This document shows positions 23,301 to 37,129 of a stretch of 64,000 bases of DNA, in pieces. The DNA is from Dictyostelium discoideum (taxonomy: Eukaryota): NCBI GenBank assembly GCA_000004695.1, contig CM000150.2, positions 1,856,001 through 1,920,000 on the forward strand, read 5' to 3'. Within the stretch, counting starts at the first letter, position 1; each line of letters starts with the position of its first letter. Below the pieces are notes generated by a model. That model saw only the letters and a program-made list of their open reading frames with translations, was not told the origin of the DNA and searched no databases. The position numbers and the translations under genes are program-made.

Positions 23301-24273
23301 TGGTACTGTTGGTGGTGATACAGTTGTTGTTGTTGTTGCTAATGACACTGCTGGTGGTGTTATATCAATAACTGATGTAGATGATATTTTCTGTTCTATT
23401 GTAGTTGTACCTAAACATTTATTATATAATTTACAAAGGTTGATAAAGTTTGATTGAATTGAAATTGATATATCTTGAGAATCTGAAAATTTTAAATAAT
23501 TTATTTTATAATTTTTACCCTTTAAAATAAATTTGAAATCATTTGAAATTTGACGAAATTTTGATGGATAATTACATTTGAAAACCTCTGATAATGTTAT
23601 TGTTATATTTTGAGCTGACAATTGATCATAAAGCCTTTGTTTTTGATCAGCTGTGATTGATGTATCATCTGTAAATAATTTCTTTAAAATTAATCTTTGA
23701 TATAAAAAACTAAATTCAATCATAATTTTCAATGCTATAAAATCATTATAAATTTGAAAAATATCGTTATTATTATTATTACGATTGATATTATTTAATA
23801 AATTTGTTTTTTTAACTAATTTACTAAATTTATCAGAGACATCTATTGAAGAAGATGTTTTAATAATTCCAATTTTATTCTCTAAAGAAGTTTTATCATT
23901 TTCTAAAATTTCTTTAATTTTCTTAATATCGAAATTTGGAAATAATTTACAAACACCATTAATTCCATTTATGATATCTTTTAAATTACTATGCTTGAAT
24001 ATAGTTTTAAAAATATCATTTTCATTACTATTTATAATTTGTGAATTTTCAGTAATATTCAATTTGTTCATATTATTTATTATTGAATCCATTGTACTAT
24101 TGGTGTTAGTGTTGGTAGTGGTAGTGGTACTGGTGGTGGTAGTGGTACTGGTGGTGCTCGATTCTACAGTTGTTTTTGTTTTTTCTGGTACGCTTTGAGA
24201 AATTGGATTGTTATTATTTGATGAAGGTGGTGGTGGTGGTGGTGGTGAAGTTGATGAATTTGGAATATTTTCC

Positions 24274-24310
<37 letters not shown>

Positions 24311-24413
24311 AATGGGAATTAGGAAAACAGGTATAACATAGAATTTTAAAATTTTATGAATTGAATTTTATAATATTAATATTTTACCCTTCTGTTTCTA
24401 AAGAAGAACTCAT
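17355..24413 (-). CDS. Giant UPF1/SEN1-like helicase fused to a C-terminal Cid1/GLD2-type nucleotidyltransferase (TUTase/ncPAP) domain, paralog B (about 2314 aa)
   Basis: Exon 1 spans 24413..24388 (ATG AGT TCT TCT TTA GAA ACA GAA GG; donor gtaaaa). The 114-nt intron has acceptor tttttttag (reverse complement of 24274-76). Exon 2 spans 24273..17355. The table ORF (17355..24092) starts at an internal Met; the frame is open upstream to the acceptor. Helicase motifs match paralog A (about 18900-20300). After an acidic linker the C-terminal region (about 17355-18500) carries the Pol-beta NTase signature ASINLYGSFLSGLSLNDSDLDINFS (Cid1: GSFKSGLYLPTSDIDL), a third carboxylate in IHFDMCF, and a PAP-associated domain LLLGEYCSIDKRCRDLALLVKWWA..FSSFCLVNMVIHFLQ. 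Four N-terminal helical modules with (TP)n linkers encoded by (ggtgtt)n. Confidence 0.85.
22445..22612 (-). repeat. (ggtgtt)n / (ggagtt)n hexanucleotide microsatellite encoding a (TP)n linker inside paralog B. Equivalent arrays lie at 30125-30300 in paralog C.
   Basis: Direct inspection: about 28 tandem hexamers. The plus-strand ORFs 22351..22638 and 22373..22735 are shadows. Confidence 0.85.
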
Positions 24414-25041
24414 TTACAATTGTTGATTATTTTTTTTTTTTTCTTTAATTTTTTTTTTTTTTTTTTTTTTGGATCTTTGTTTTTTTTTTTTTTTTCTATT
24501 TTTTTTTTTTGAGAAAATGAGAAATTAGGTTTAAAAAAAAAAAAAAAAAATTTGTCAAATTTAAATTCCCGTAAAATTTTTTTTTTTTTTTTTTTTTTTT
24601 CACGAAAAAAAAGGGAAATTTAAATTTGAATCAAAAAACCATTTTTTTTTTTTTTTTCATTTTATTTTTTTTTATTTTTTTTTACCAAAATGATTTAAAC
24701 TTATTTATTTTTAATTTAAATTTGGTTTAGATAAATAGAACACAAAAATACACAAAATTATATAAAAAATAAAAAAAATGAATGTAGTCATCCCATTTTA
24801 TTTTTTTTTTTTTTTTTTTTTTTAATATTTTTATAAATCACCAGAAATTCAAAATATCTCTCGCTTTTATAAAATCAAAAAACTATGGGTAATTAATTTA
24901 AAAAAATTGGATATCTCCAAAGTAAAAAAAAAAAAAAAAATACAAATTTACTTGTCCTTTTTATTTATTTTAATTTAAACAAAAAAAAAAAAAAATGGTT
25001 TGGGTATTATTTTTTAATTTTTTTTTTTTTTTAAAAAAACT

Positions 25042-28000
25042 TTAAGAAAGTAATCCATTTGACGATAATGATAAATTCTCTTTGAATAAATCATTAATTG
25101 TTGATTTGGTTGATCTTAAAGAATATTCCATCATTATGAATTCCATTAATACTCTTTGGTATGTTTTTTTAATTGATGATGCTAAATTTCTATCATTAAT
25201 AAATGGATCAAGTACAATGATATGGTCTCTTACAGCTCTACTCCTTATATTTGATCTTTTTAATAATGCTCCATTTTCACATAAACTACCACCACCACTT
25301 GAGTGACTAATTGATATGATATTCTCTTTATAATTAAATGTTGAATAATAATAAAAGAATTGATAAAACAATTGAGCGATTGTCAATTTGTTTCTTTTTG
25401 GTTCAAATTTGTTAAAACTTGACCAATCATAATATTTAACTAAATAATTTTCTACGATTGTTTGTGATTTTAATTTAATTAAATTTCTATTTGTTGAATA
25501 CTTTTCTAAGAGTTGATTTGATGTTGTTTGTAAATTTGGTAAAATTGGTGGATTTAATGATTGAAGGAAATGGATTACCATATTAACTAAACAGAATGAA
25601 CTAAATGTTTTCTCTGCTGCATTATTTAAATCTTTTGAAACTGCCCACCATTTTACTAATAATACTAAATCTCTACTTCTATTATCGATTGAACAATATT
25701 CGCCTAACAATAATGAATTGTGATAACTCATCATTGAATTAAAACACATATCGAAATGAACACCTGATGATATCTCTTTGAATCTAATGATAGGTACTTT
25801 TGCATCCGTTCTTTTTTCAATTAATTTATATAGTTGAGATCTATTTAAATATTTATAAACTTGTTTTAAATGAGTTGTATCTTCTTTTTGAGTACTTGAG
25901 AAATTAATATCTAAATCACTATCATTCAATGATAATCCACTCAAGAATGAACCATATAAATTAATTGATGCTGTTGCGAAACCTTCTGATATTAATTTCT
26001 TTAATCTATTATAACTATCTTGTTTAATTGATTTCTTTTTACATTCAATTTTTGAAATAATTTCATTAAGAGATTTATTTATATTTGATGAGGATGATGA
26101 TAAAGATTGTGAAATTTCTTGTATTTCTAAATTATTTAAAACTTTCTTTAAATATGGATCCAAGAAACGTGAGTGTTTTATAAAATTATCTCTTAATTTT
26201 TTCTTTTTTGATAAAGTTGATTGATCTATTTTTTCTTGATTTGATTTTTGTAATTCTATAATAATATTAATGAGAGCATTTGGAAAATCTTTATCAATGA
26301 CTAAATTATTTGTATCAAATACTTCTTCATCTTCATCATACTCTTCGCTGATACTATGATATTCTTCATCACCATGCTCATTATCATCATCATCATCATC
26401 CTCCAAATCATCATTATCTTCACCTTCTTGATTAATTTTCTTGATTCTATTACTTTCATCATCTTCATCATGCTCTTGTATTTCTTCATTATCTTCATCT
26501 TCGTCTTCCTCTTCATCTTCACTATCATCATAGTCATCTTCAGAATCTGAATGGAATTCAATTAATCCATTTGGATTTAAAGAGTCATATTCTTGAATTT
26601 GTTGTTCTAAAACACTGATACCTTTAGAATCAATTGAGACCATTGAGTTTATTGAATGAACATATTGGCAAAATGGACCCCAAGTTCTATCTTTTTTTAA
26701 GAGTTTAGAATTACCAATTACAAATAATCCAAATTTAGCTCTTGTGAGTGCGACATTAATACGTCTACGATCAGAAAGGAAACCAATTCTTTCGCTTCTT
26801 ACACACGATAAAATTATGATATCTTTTTCTGAACCTTGAACTCCATCAATTGTTGATGTTTCAATATTTAATGGATAGTTAAACTGTTTATGTTGTTCTT
26901 TGATTTCACTCTTTTGTAATTTGTATGGTGTAATAATACCAAATGAGAACTTTTTACATTCTGGATAATCTTGAACTAACTTTTTAATCAATGTAAATAC
27001 CATTGTGATTTCTAATTTATTCTTTAATGATCTTTTACCACTTTCTTCTTTTGAATCAATAACATCATAGAATCTAATTGGACCATATTTGATATCTGAA
27101 TGGAAATTATGTTGATTGTATACTAATGACTTTACATTATCACCATCTAATAATCTGTCTTTATAGAATTGATTTGATGGGAATCTTGAAATTGTTGGAT
27201 GCATACGATATTGTGTATTTAACATTTCAACAGGTAATACTTTTGATAATCTTTCAAATAATGATATATTTAAACCATTTTTTGCACTTTCTGATGAGAA
27301 AATAGTTGGTGGTAATTGTAATGGATCACCAACAAGAATTAACTTTTCAATATTACCAATACATAATGGAATTAGTGAAGCTGGTTCAGATGATTGAGTT
27401 GATTCATCTACTAATACAATATTTGCTTTAAAGTTACTTCTTATTGGTTTAGAACCACTTGCTGATAGAGTTGCGAAAATAATAGTTGCATTTCTAATAA
27501 TTGCTTTTCTTTGTGCTGGTGTTTTATCAAAAAGTGATATACGATGACAATCTGGTGATATATTTTGAAGTTTACCAATACGTACCATATTTGGTAAATA
27601 AGGTTTACCATCTATATTAACTAAACTCTTTTTCAAACATCTCTTTGCAACTTCATCTACTGATGCATGTGATGGACCACATACTAATATCTTGAATTTT
27701 GGGTTAATTGCTAATAAAATTGAAAGTAAATAATAAATTGTTGTAGTTTTACCAGTACCTGGTGGACCTTGAATTAATGTAATACCTTTTGTTGATAATG
27801 ATGTTTCAACTGCACTAAATTGTGATGTATTCAATTCTTGAATACACATGGATCTCAACAATGATGGAATCTCCATTCTCATTGATGTCATTAAATTATA
27901 AACTTCCAATGATGGTTGTAAAATTTGATTTAAAAGTGTTTTTGAATTTTTAAATATTTCCGGTGCTTCTAATTCTCTAATAAATGTAGTACTATTAGAA

Positions 28001-31000
28001 ACCTTTATAAAATGTAAAATATCTTTTGAAGTTTTCGAATTCAACGAAACTGAATAAAACTTTTCAATTAATGGTTTCGTTGAATCCGATAATACAAATT
28101 CGCAAATAATTATTTGTTTTTTACCCTTTAAAACTGAATTTGATGTTACTAACCCCAATGCAAACATTGGTTTACTAGTATGATCAAATGTTTTAAAAAG
28201 TAAAATATCATTAAGGTATATTTCCTCTAATTCATCCTTAACCTTAATATTAAATTTAATTGCAACCAAATCCTCTGACAACTCTCGGAATGAATGAATT
28301 GTTGGTGTATCATTCATCTTAACTCTATCTAAACCTATTAATGTACCATCTTGCTCTGAAATTGAAACACCTTCAATTTCATTAAAATCACCTTCGAGTT
28401 GTGCTCTATATTCTTCTACTATTAAAGGTTTCATTAAATTTACAAATTCTGATTGGTCAGAATAACTATCTTGTAATGAATGAATATTATCAGCTTGAAT
28501 TAATGGAATTCTTTCTGGACTACTCTTTAAAAATATTGATAATATCTCTTCAGAATCTTTTGAAATTACTTCAACATGATCACGAACTAAAACAACTTTT
28601 CCATTATTATTATTATTATTATTACTATTATTGTTATTTCTTGATCTTATTGTAGTTGTTCCTGTTGAGGAGTTGACAAACAACTTTTCACTTTTAATTA
28701 ATTGATAAATTTCATTAAATTGTAACTTTGAAATTAAACCTAACTTTTCAGAATTTAATAATTTAAAAGATGGAATCTTTAAAGTTGAACCATTGATTTT
28801 TGTTGTTGATTCAAAGTTACTGACGAGATTATCAAAGAATTTACCTTTAACTATATCTGAAAATTCTAATTTCATTTTATTATTTTTTGCTAATTCTGAA
28901 TTCAATTGATTGAGGTATTGTCTACAAGTCTTTGTTTTTTCTCTTAATTCTGAATACTGTGAGAAATGATTAAACTCTAATAATACCATTAATGATAATG
29001 ACTTGTTATATATTTTTTCAATATTTTGATTGCTTGTATTATTTTTTTGAATCTTTGAAAAATCTGTTTTTAATCTATGTTTAATACCATTAATATTTGT
29101 ATTAAATTGAATTTTACTCTCATTGATTATATTCCTAACTTGTTTAATTGATTCTTTGTTATAAGGATGTGATTGTGATAATCTATCCAATGTTTTAATA
29201 ATTGAATCTGCACTATTAGAATCTTCAAATATTAATTTCAATAAACTATGTTTCAATGAATGGTCATTCTCAAATGTTGTAGTAGTATTATTATTAGAAC
29301 TAGGTGATGGTACTATTGATATTTGTGATGTTGTTGTTGGTGATGGTGCTGTTGTTGTAGCTTTATCTTTTATAATACTAATGGTAGCTGAAGCTGTGGG
29401 TGTTGTTGAACTTGTTGTATTAGATATTTTTTGTGAATTTGAAAGTGATAAATCTTTATAATCCAACACTAAAGATTTTATATAAATAATAAAAGATTTT
29501 ATTAAAGTTCCAATTGTATTATCACTTTGATTTTTATGACCAAGTGGTAATTTAAATAACTCTACATTCATCGTATATTCAGTTTTTTTAGATTTAGATT
29601 TAATATTTAATTCTACTTGTTCTGGAATATAGTTTAAAATATCTATTGATTTTTGATCAATAAATGCTTCAACTTTAATACAAAATCTTTGGTGGTGAAT
29701 ATTCAATAAATTGAATGCCTCTAATTTAAAATTCAAAATATCTTGTGAGTTTTCAACTGTGAAATTTTTATCAAAATATTCTTTAATATAATTTCTTTGA
29801 GAAAGATTACTAAATTCAATTAATGAAATGATTGTAAAAATTGTTTCATTAATTTCATTAAACTTTGATGGATTTACACTTGATATTAATAATTCCTGTA
29901 CAGCTTTTGATGTATTGTTTTTATGAAATTCAATCTTTCTTTTGAATAATGAAATTATATCCTTAGTCGCTGATTTAATTAAACCAATTTGTAAATTAAA
30001 TGCTGGATATTGATTCTTTAAACTATCAATTTCCTCTGGTTTATTAAAAAATGTATTAAATAATGAAAATATTTGTTTTTCAATATTTGATGGTTTCTTC
30101 AAAATTACTGTTGGTATATTTGATAATAACTCTTTTGGTGTTGTTGGTGTTGGTGTTGGTATTGGTGTTGGTGTTGGTGTTGATGTTGGTGTTGGAGTTG
30201 GAGTTGATGTTGGTGTTGGTGTTGATGTTGGTGTTGGTGTTGATGTTGACGTTGGAGTTGTGATTGTTGGTGGTGGTACTGGTACTGGTACTGGTTTTAT
30301 TTCTGTTGGTGATGCTGTTGTTGTAGTTGTTGAGTCTGATAAAAGTTGATAATCTAAAATTAAAGATTTTATATAAATCAAATGTGATCCGATTAATTGT
30401 CCAATGGTATTACTATCGTTATTTTTGTGACCAATTTGTAATTTAAATAAATCAATGTTAAATAAAACTTTTTCAGATTTTAATTCTAATTTCGATGGTA
30501 CTGGAACGAAATCTAAAACATTAGATGATATAGTTTGACTAATGAGTTTTTCTAAATCAATTTTTAAACTTTGATGTTGAATTTCTAATAAATTGAAAAG
30601 CGATGGATGTATTCTCTTTGGATTGGGTAAATGTTTTTTAAGAGTAATTCTTTGGTAAAGATTACTAAACTCTATTAATAAAACGATAGTAACTAGTGTA
30701 GTTTTAATTTCTTCAAATTTTATAAAGTTAATCTTTGAATCCAATGATTTTTTAAGTTGATTTAATGTTGTAATTTTCACTGAATCTATGATACTTTGAA
30801 ATGATGTTTGGTTTTCTTTTATAATTGTTTCAACTGATAATAATTCAAATTCAAAGATTGAGTGTTTTTTAATCAAATCTTGAATACCTTCTAATTTGTA
30901 GAAAATTTTATAAAAAATTGAAAAAACTATGATTTCAGTAGTTGTTGGTTCCATTGTGAATATTGTTGATGATGATGATGATTCCACTGTTGGTGATTTT

Positions 31001-32712
31001 GTTGATGATGTTGATGGTTTTGGTAATGCTGTTGGTGATGGTGTTGGTGATGGTTTTGGTAATGCTGTTGATGGTGTTGTTGGTAATGCTGTTGTTGGTA
31101 ATGGTGTTGATGGTTTTGGTAATGGTGTTGGTGATGGTGTTGGTAATGCTGTTGATGCTGATTTTGTTGATGTTGTTGATGGTGTTGGTTTTGTTAATGG
31201 TGTTGATGGTGATTTTGATGCTGTTGTTGTTGATGCTGTTGTCGTTGGTAATGGTGTTGATGATGACTTTGTTGATGGTGTTGGTAATGCTTTTGTTGGT
31301 AATGGTGAAGCTATACCTAAACATTTATTATATAATTTACAAAGGTTGATAAAGTTTGACTGAATTGAAATTGATATATCTTGAGAATCTGAAAATTTTA
31401 AATTTTTTATTCTATAATATTTACCCTTTAAAACAAAATTGAAATCATTTGAAATTTGATGAAAACTAGGTGGGTTATTACATTTGAAAACCTCTGGTAA
31501 TGTTATTGTTCTATTTTGAGCTGACAATTGATCATAAAGTTTTTGTTTTTCATCAGCTGTGATTGATTTATCACCTGTAAACAATTTCTTTAAAATTAAT
31601 CTTTGATATAAAAAACTAAATTCAATCATAACTTTCAATGCTATAAAATCATTGTAAATTTGAAAAATATCATTGTTATTATTATTATTATAATTATTAT
31701 TAGGATTGATATTATTATTATTTAATAAATCTTTTTTTTGAACTAAATTTCTAAATTTATCAGATATTTCTTTTGATGCTATATTTTCAGTATATTCAAT
31801 TTTATTCCCTAAAGAAGTTTGATTGCTTTTTAAAATTTCTTTAATATAATTAATATCAAAACTTGGGAATAATTTAGAAACATAATCAGTTTCATTTATG
31901 ATATCTTTTAAATTACTATGTCTGAATATAGTTTTAAAAATATCAAATTCACCACCACTATTTATAATTTGTGAATTTTTAGTAATATTCAATTGGTTCA
32001 TATTATTTGTTATTGAATCTATTGTTGATGTATTTGTTGTTTTAGTAGTTACACTTTGATAAATTGGAGTTTGTGCTATTGATGTTAATGTTGGTTGTAA
32101 TATTGGTGGTGCCTTTGATGATATTGGTACTGTTGGTGGTGGTGATATTGGTGATACTGTTGAGGGTGTTGCTAATTGTGCTACTGTTGGTGGTAATGGC
32201 ATTGTTGATGGTGGTGATATTGGTACTGTTGGTGGTGATATTGGTACTGTTGGTGGTGATGATGGTGGTGGTGGTAATGGCATTGTTGGTGGTGATGGTG
32301 GTAATGGCATTGTTAGTGGTGGTGGTGGTAATGGCATTGTTGATTTTGATGATATTGGTACTGTTGGTGGTGCTGTTGATTGTGTTGATATAGATGATAC
32401 TGTTGAGGGTGTTGCTACATCTGATGTTGGTGGTGTTGTATAGAAGATGCTGTTGTAGATTGTTGATGTTAATTTTGATAAAAGAGAAAAAGAAAAATAA
32501 GAAAAATAAGAAGAAGAAGAAGTAGAAGGTGGTGGTGATGGTGGTAATGGTGGTGATGGTGGTGATGGTGGTGATGGAATTGATGAATCACTTAAAAATA
32601 AAAAAAGGAAATGGAATTTAGAGAAATTAGTATATAGTGGAGTATTAAAAAATTAAATGACTTATATTTTATAATATTAATATATTTACTCTTCTGTTGT
32701 TAAATAGTTCAT
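25042..32712 (-). CDS. Giant UPF1/SEN1-like helicase fused to a C-terminal Cid1/GLD2-type nucleotidyltransferase domain, paralog C (about 2523 aa)
   Basis: Exon 1 spans 32712..32690 (ATG AAC TAT TTA ACA ACA GAA GA; donor gtaaat). The 99-nt intron has acceptor ttatttttaag (reverse complement of 32591-94). Exon 2 spans 32590..25042; phase 2 is consistent and gives ...TEDDSSIPSPSPSPSPLPP.... The table ORF starts at an internal Met at 32337. P-rich N-terminus (MPLPPPP x3), four helical modules, the full helicase motif set (about 26600-28000), and an intact NTase motif YGSFLSGLSLNDSDLDI plus VHFDMCF and the PAP-associated domain (25042-26200). The last about 1.3 kb plus 100 bp of 3' flank is about 97% identical to paralog B. 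Confidence 0.85.
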
Positions 32713-33080
32713 TATTTTTTATTTTATTTTCCACCTTTTTTTCCCTTCACTCTTTTTTTTTTTTTTATATCTTTATCGTTTTTGTTGAAAAAAAAAATAA
32801 AAAAAAAAAAAAAGAAAAAAAAAATTTTTCTTTTTTTTCAATCTTTTTTTTTATCCCTCATTTTTTTTGTTTTTTTCTTTTTTTTTTCGGAACTTATTTA
32901 TTCCACCATTAAAAAAGATGGGAATAAATGGTGGAATAAATAAGTTCAGAAAAAAAAAACACAAAGTATGAATTTTTTTATTATTAAAGTCTATTTATTT
33001 TAATATTTTTTTTTTTATTTATTTAAATTATTTTATTTTATTTTTATTTTATTTATTTTATTTTTTTTTTTTAGTAGTTC

Positions 33081-33129
<49 letters not shown>

Positions 33130-33431
33130 GATTAAGACTTGTTTTAAATTTATTTTGATTTAGAAGTAATATCACAACATTGTTTTTTTTTTTATCGTTC
33201 AAAAAAACCAGTAATTTAACATATAAATTCCTTTTTTGTTTAATTATGACGTTCGAATTGTGGCGAAAAAAGAAATTTTAATTTTTTTAAATTTTTATAT
33301 TTTTTTTTTTTTTTCATTTTCAATTTTTTTTTTTTTTTTTTTTTTTTTAATTCAAAATTTTTTTTTTTTTTTTTTTTTTTAATATTTTCATTTTTTTATA
33401 ATTCATTTTTTTTTTTTTTCTTTAAAAAATA

Positions 33432-34712
33432 ATGATCAGATCAGCAAGACTCATTTCAAATATTAAATTTGGACAAAAAAATATTAGACAATTCTCAACC
33501 AATACAAATTGGTGGGCAAATGTTCAAAAGGGACCAGAAGATCCAATTTTAGGTGTTAGCATTGCTTACAATAAAGATACCTCACCATCAAAGATCAATT
33601 TAGGTGTTGGTGCATACAGAGATGAAAATGGTAAACCATACGTATTGGATTGCGTAAAGAAAGCAGACAAAAAGATCTATGAAGCCAACGTCGATCACGA
33701 ATACGCACCAATTGTTGGTGTTGCAGCATTCAATCAATTGGCAGCACAATTAGCATTGGGTGAAGAGTGTAAACATATTAAAGAGAAACGTATTGCCACC
33801 GTTCAATCGATTTCAGGTACTGGTGCTTTAAGAATTGCCGCTGATTTCTTTGCCCGTTTCCTCAAGGGTAAAACCGCATACGTACCAAACCCAACATGGG
33901 GTAACCATAATGTTATTTTCAACGATGCAGGCATTCCAGTCAAATCCTACGGTTACTACAATCCAGCCACTTGTGGATTAAACTTTGAAGCCATGACAAA
34001 GGATATCGCTGCCGCTCCAGAGGGTTCAATCATTTTATTACATGCATGTGCTCACAATCCAACCGGTGTCGATCCAACCGCTGAGCAATGGAAAAAGATC
34101 TCTGAAATCTGTAAAGAGCGTGGTCATTTTGTTCTCTTTGATTTCGCTTATCAAGGTTTCGCATCTGGTAGCCCAGAAAAGGATGCTGCCGCTGTCCGTA
34201 TGTTTGTCGAAGATGGTCACAACATTGCTCTCTGTCAATCATTTGCTAAAAACTTTGGTCTCTATGGTGAACGTATTGGTGCTTTCTCCATTCTCACTGA
34301 AACTTCAGATCAAGCTCTCAACGTTGAATCTCAATTAAAGATCTTAATTCGTCCAATGTACTCTAATCCACCAGTTTATGGAGCTCGTCTCGTTCAAGCT
34401 ATCCTCAAAGATAAAGAATTAACCAATGAATGGAGATCCGAAGTTAAAGGTATGGCCGATCGTATCATTAACATGAGAGAACAATTAGTCAAATACCTTA
34501 AAAAACATGGTTCAACTCGTGATTGGTCTCATATTACCACTCAAATTGGTATGTTTTGTTTCACTGGTTTAACTCCAGAACAAGTTGATCGTTTGGCAAA
34601 TGAATATCACATCTATTTAACTCGTAATGGTCGTATCTCAATTGCTGGTATTAATTCAACAAATGTTGAATATCTCGCTAAAGCAATGGCTGCCGTTACA
34701 AAAGATAATTAA
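33432..34712 (+). CDS. Aspartate aminotransferase, mitochondrial (GOT2-type class-I aminotransferase), 426 aa, single exon
   Basis: Full-length ORF with mitochondrial presequence MIRSARLISNIKFGQKNIRQFS. Strong family motifs: LGVGAYRDENGKPYVL; SISGTGALRIAADF; NPTWGNH; HACAHNPTG; the PLP-lysine motif SFAKNFGLYGERIGA; and RPMYSNPP. Codon usage is shifted to C-ending codons, typical of a highly expressed housekeeping gene. Confidence 0.95.
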   Translation: MIRSARLISNIKFGQKNIRQFSTNTNWWANVQKGPEDPILGVSIAYNKDTSPSKINLGVGAYRDENGKPYVLDCVKKADKKIYEANVDHEYAPIVGVAAFNQLAAQLALGEECKHIKEKRIATVQSISGTGALRIAADFFARFLKGKTAYVPNPTWGNHNVIFNDAGIPVKSYGYYNPATCGLNFEAMTKDIAAAPEGSIILLHACAHNPTGVDPTAEQWKKISEICKERGHFVLFDFAYQGFASGSPEKDAAAVRMFVEDGHNIALCQSFAKNFGLYGERIGAFSILTETSDQALNVESQLKILIRPMYSNPPVYGARLVQAILKDKELTNEWRSEVKGMADRIINMREQLVKYLKKHGSTRDWSHITTQIGMFCFTGLTPEQVDRLANEYHIYLTRNGRISIAGINSTNVEYLAKAMAAVTKDN

Positions 34713-34849
34713 AAAAAAAAAAAAAACAAAAAACAAATATTCATTAATAAAAAAATGTAATTAATGTTATGTATATTGTAATTTTAAAAAAAAAAAAAAG
34801 AAAAATAATAAAATTTTCTTTTTATTTTATTTTATTTTATTTATATAAT

Positions 34850-36315
<1,466 letters not shown>

Positions 36316-36438
36316 TATATTTAAAATAATAATAATAATATTAATATTAAAAAGGTTGCCAAAAAAAAGGAAATTAAAAATACAAATGAAAAAAAAGTGA
36401 ATATAAAAAAAAAAAAAATGAAAAAAAAAAATGGGATT

Positions 36439-36508
<70 letters not shown>

Positions 36509-36563
36509 TTTTTCTCTTTTTTTATTAATTAAATTACTTTCGAAAAAAATAAATAATATACTA

Positions 36564-36572
36564 AACCCATAA
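36564..36572 (+). promoter_or_regulatory. DUSE (Dictyostelium upstream sequence element, aacccataa) about 63 bp upstream of ncRNA gene 1
   Basis: Matches the [AT]CCCA[CT]AA consensus found at about -60 of Dictyostelium snRNA and Class I RNA genes (established knowledge). Confidence 0.6.
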
Positions 36573-36628
36573 TAATTTTTTTTTTTTTTTTGTTTTAAAT
36601 TAAAAATGGAATAAAATATGAAGATTAC

Positions 36629-36735
36629 AAGGGCTTCTTACAGCAAAATAAAGTAAATAAATAAGGTGTAGAATAGGTGGGAGACTATGTCGGCCGTGAA
36701 ATACCACCACTAATTAAAAAAACTTCGATCCCTGT
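36629..36735 (+). ncRNA. Class-I-like small ncRNA (about 107 nt)
   Basis: 5' aagggcttcTTACAGCAAaa carries the Class I RNA hallmark motif (CC)TTACAGCAA just after a 5' stem half. The 3' end ..gatccctg can pair with the 5' aaggg. Followed by T9 (terminator-like). DUSE at -63. Internal motif aggtgggagact..cgtgaaataccacc is shared with gene 2. Confidence 0.55.
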
Positions 36736-37066
36736 TTTTTTTTGTCAAACACCTTGTTATTACCATATTTTACCTTGGAAATTTTTTCATTTTTTTATTT
36801 TTTTTTTACCAACTATTATTTTTTTTTGCAACATTGTATTGGTATAAATAGACACACAAAAATAAAACAACCAAACCAATTTTTTTTTTTTTTTTTTAAT
36901 TCCAAAAAACCAAATTTTAAAATATTCCCAACTTGTTGTTCTTCAAAATAAAAAATAGTAATAAAAAATTAATAATAAAAAAACAATAATAAAAAGGATA
37001 TTTTTTTTTTCTTGTCTATTTCTTTTTTTTTTATTTGAAGGATTTTGGAAAAAAAAAAAAAAAAAA

Positions 37067-37075
37067 AACCCATAA
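37067..37075 (+). promoter_or_regulatory. DUSE (aacccataa) about 63 bp upstream of ncRNA gene 2
   Basis: Same consensus and same spacing as at gene 1. Confidence 0.6.
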
Positions 37076-37129
37076 TAAAAATTTTTATTTATTTTGACTT
37101 TAATTTAAAAAAAAATTAAAAAAATATTT

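Noticed and set aside
10297-32712. Possibility that the giant repeated ORFs are retrotransposon or DIRS/Skipper polyproteins, given their tandem copies and proximity to a tRNA gene
   Set aside because: No reverse-transcriptase (YxDD), RNase H, integrase or protease motifs, and no LTR, ITR or target-site duplications. Instead there is a complete UPF1-like SF1B helicase motif set and a Cid1-like NTase. Copies share a spliced micro-exon typical of host genes.
34030-34338. Three small ORFs inside the aspartate aminotransferase gene (two minus-strand, one plus-strand)
   Set aside because: Out-of-frame or antisense to a full-length, highly conserved CDS.
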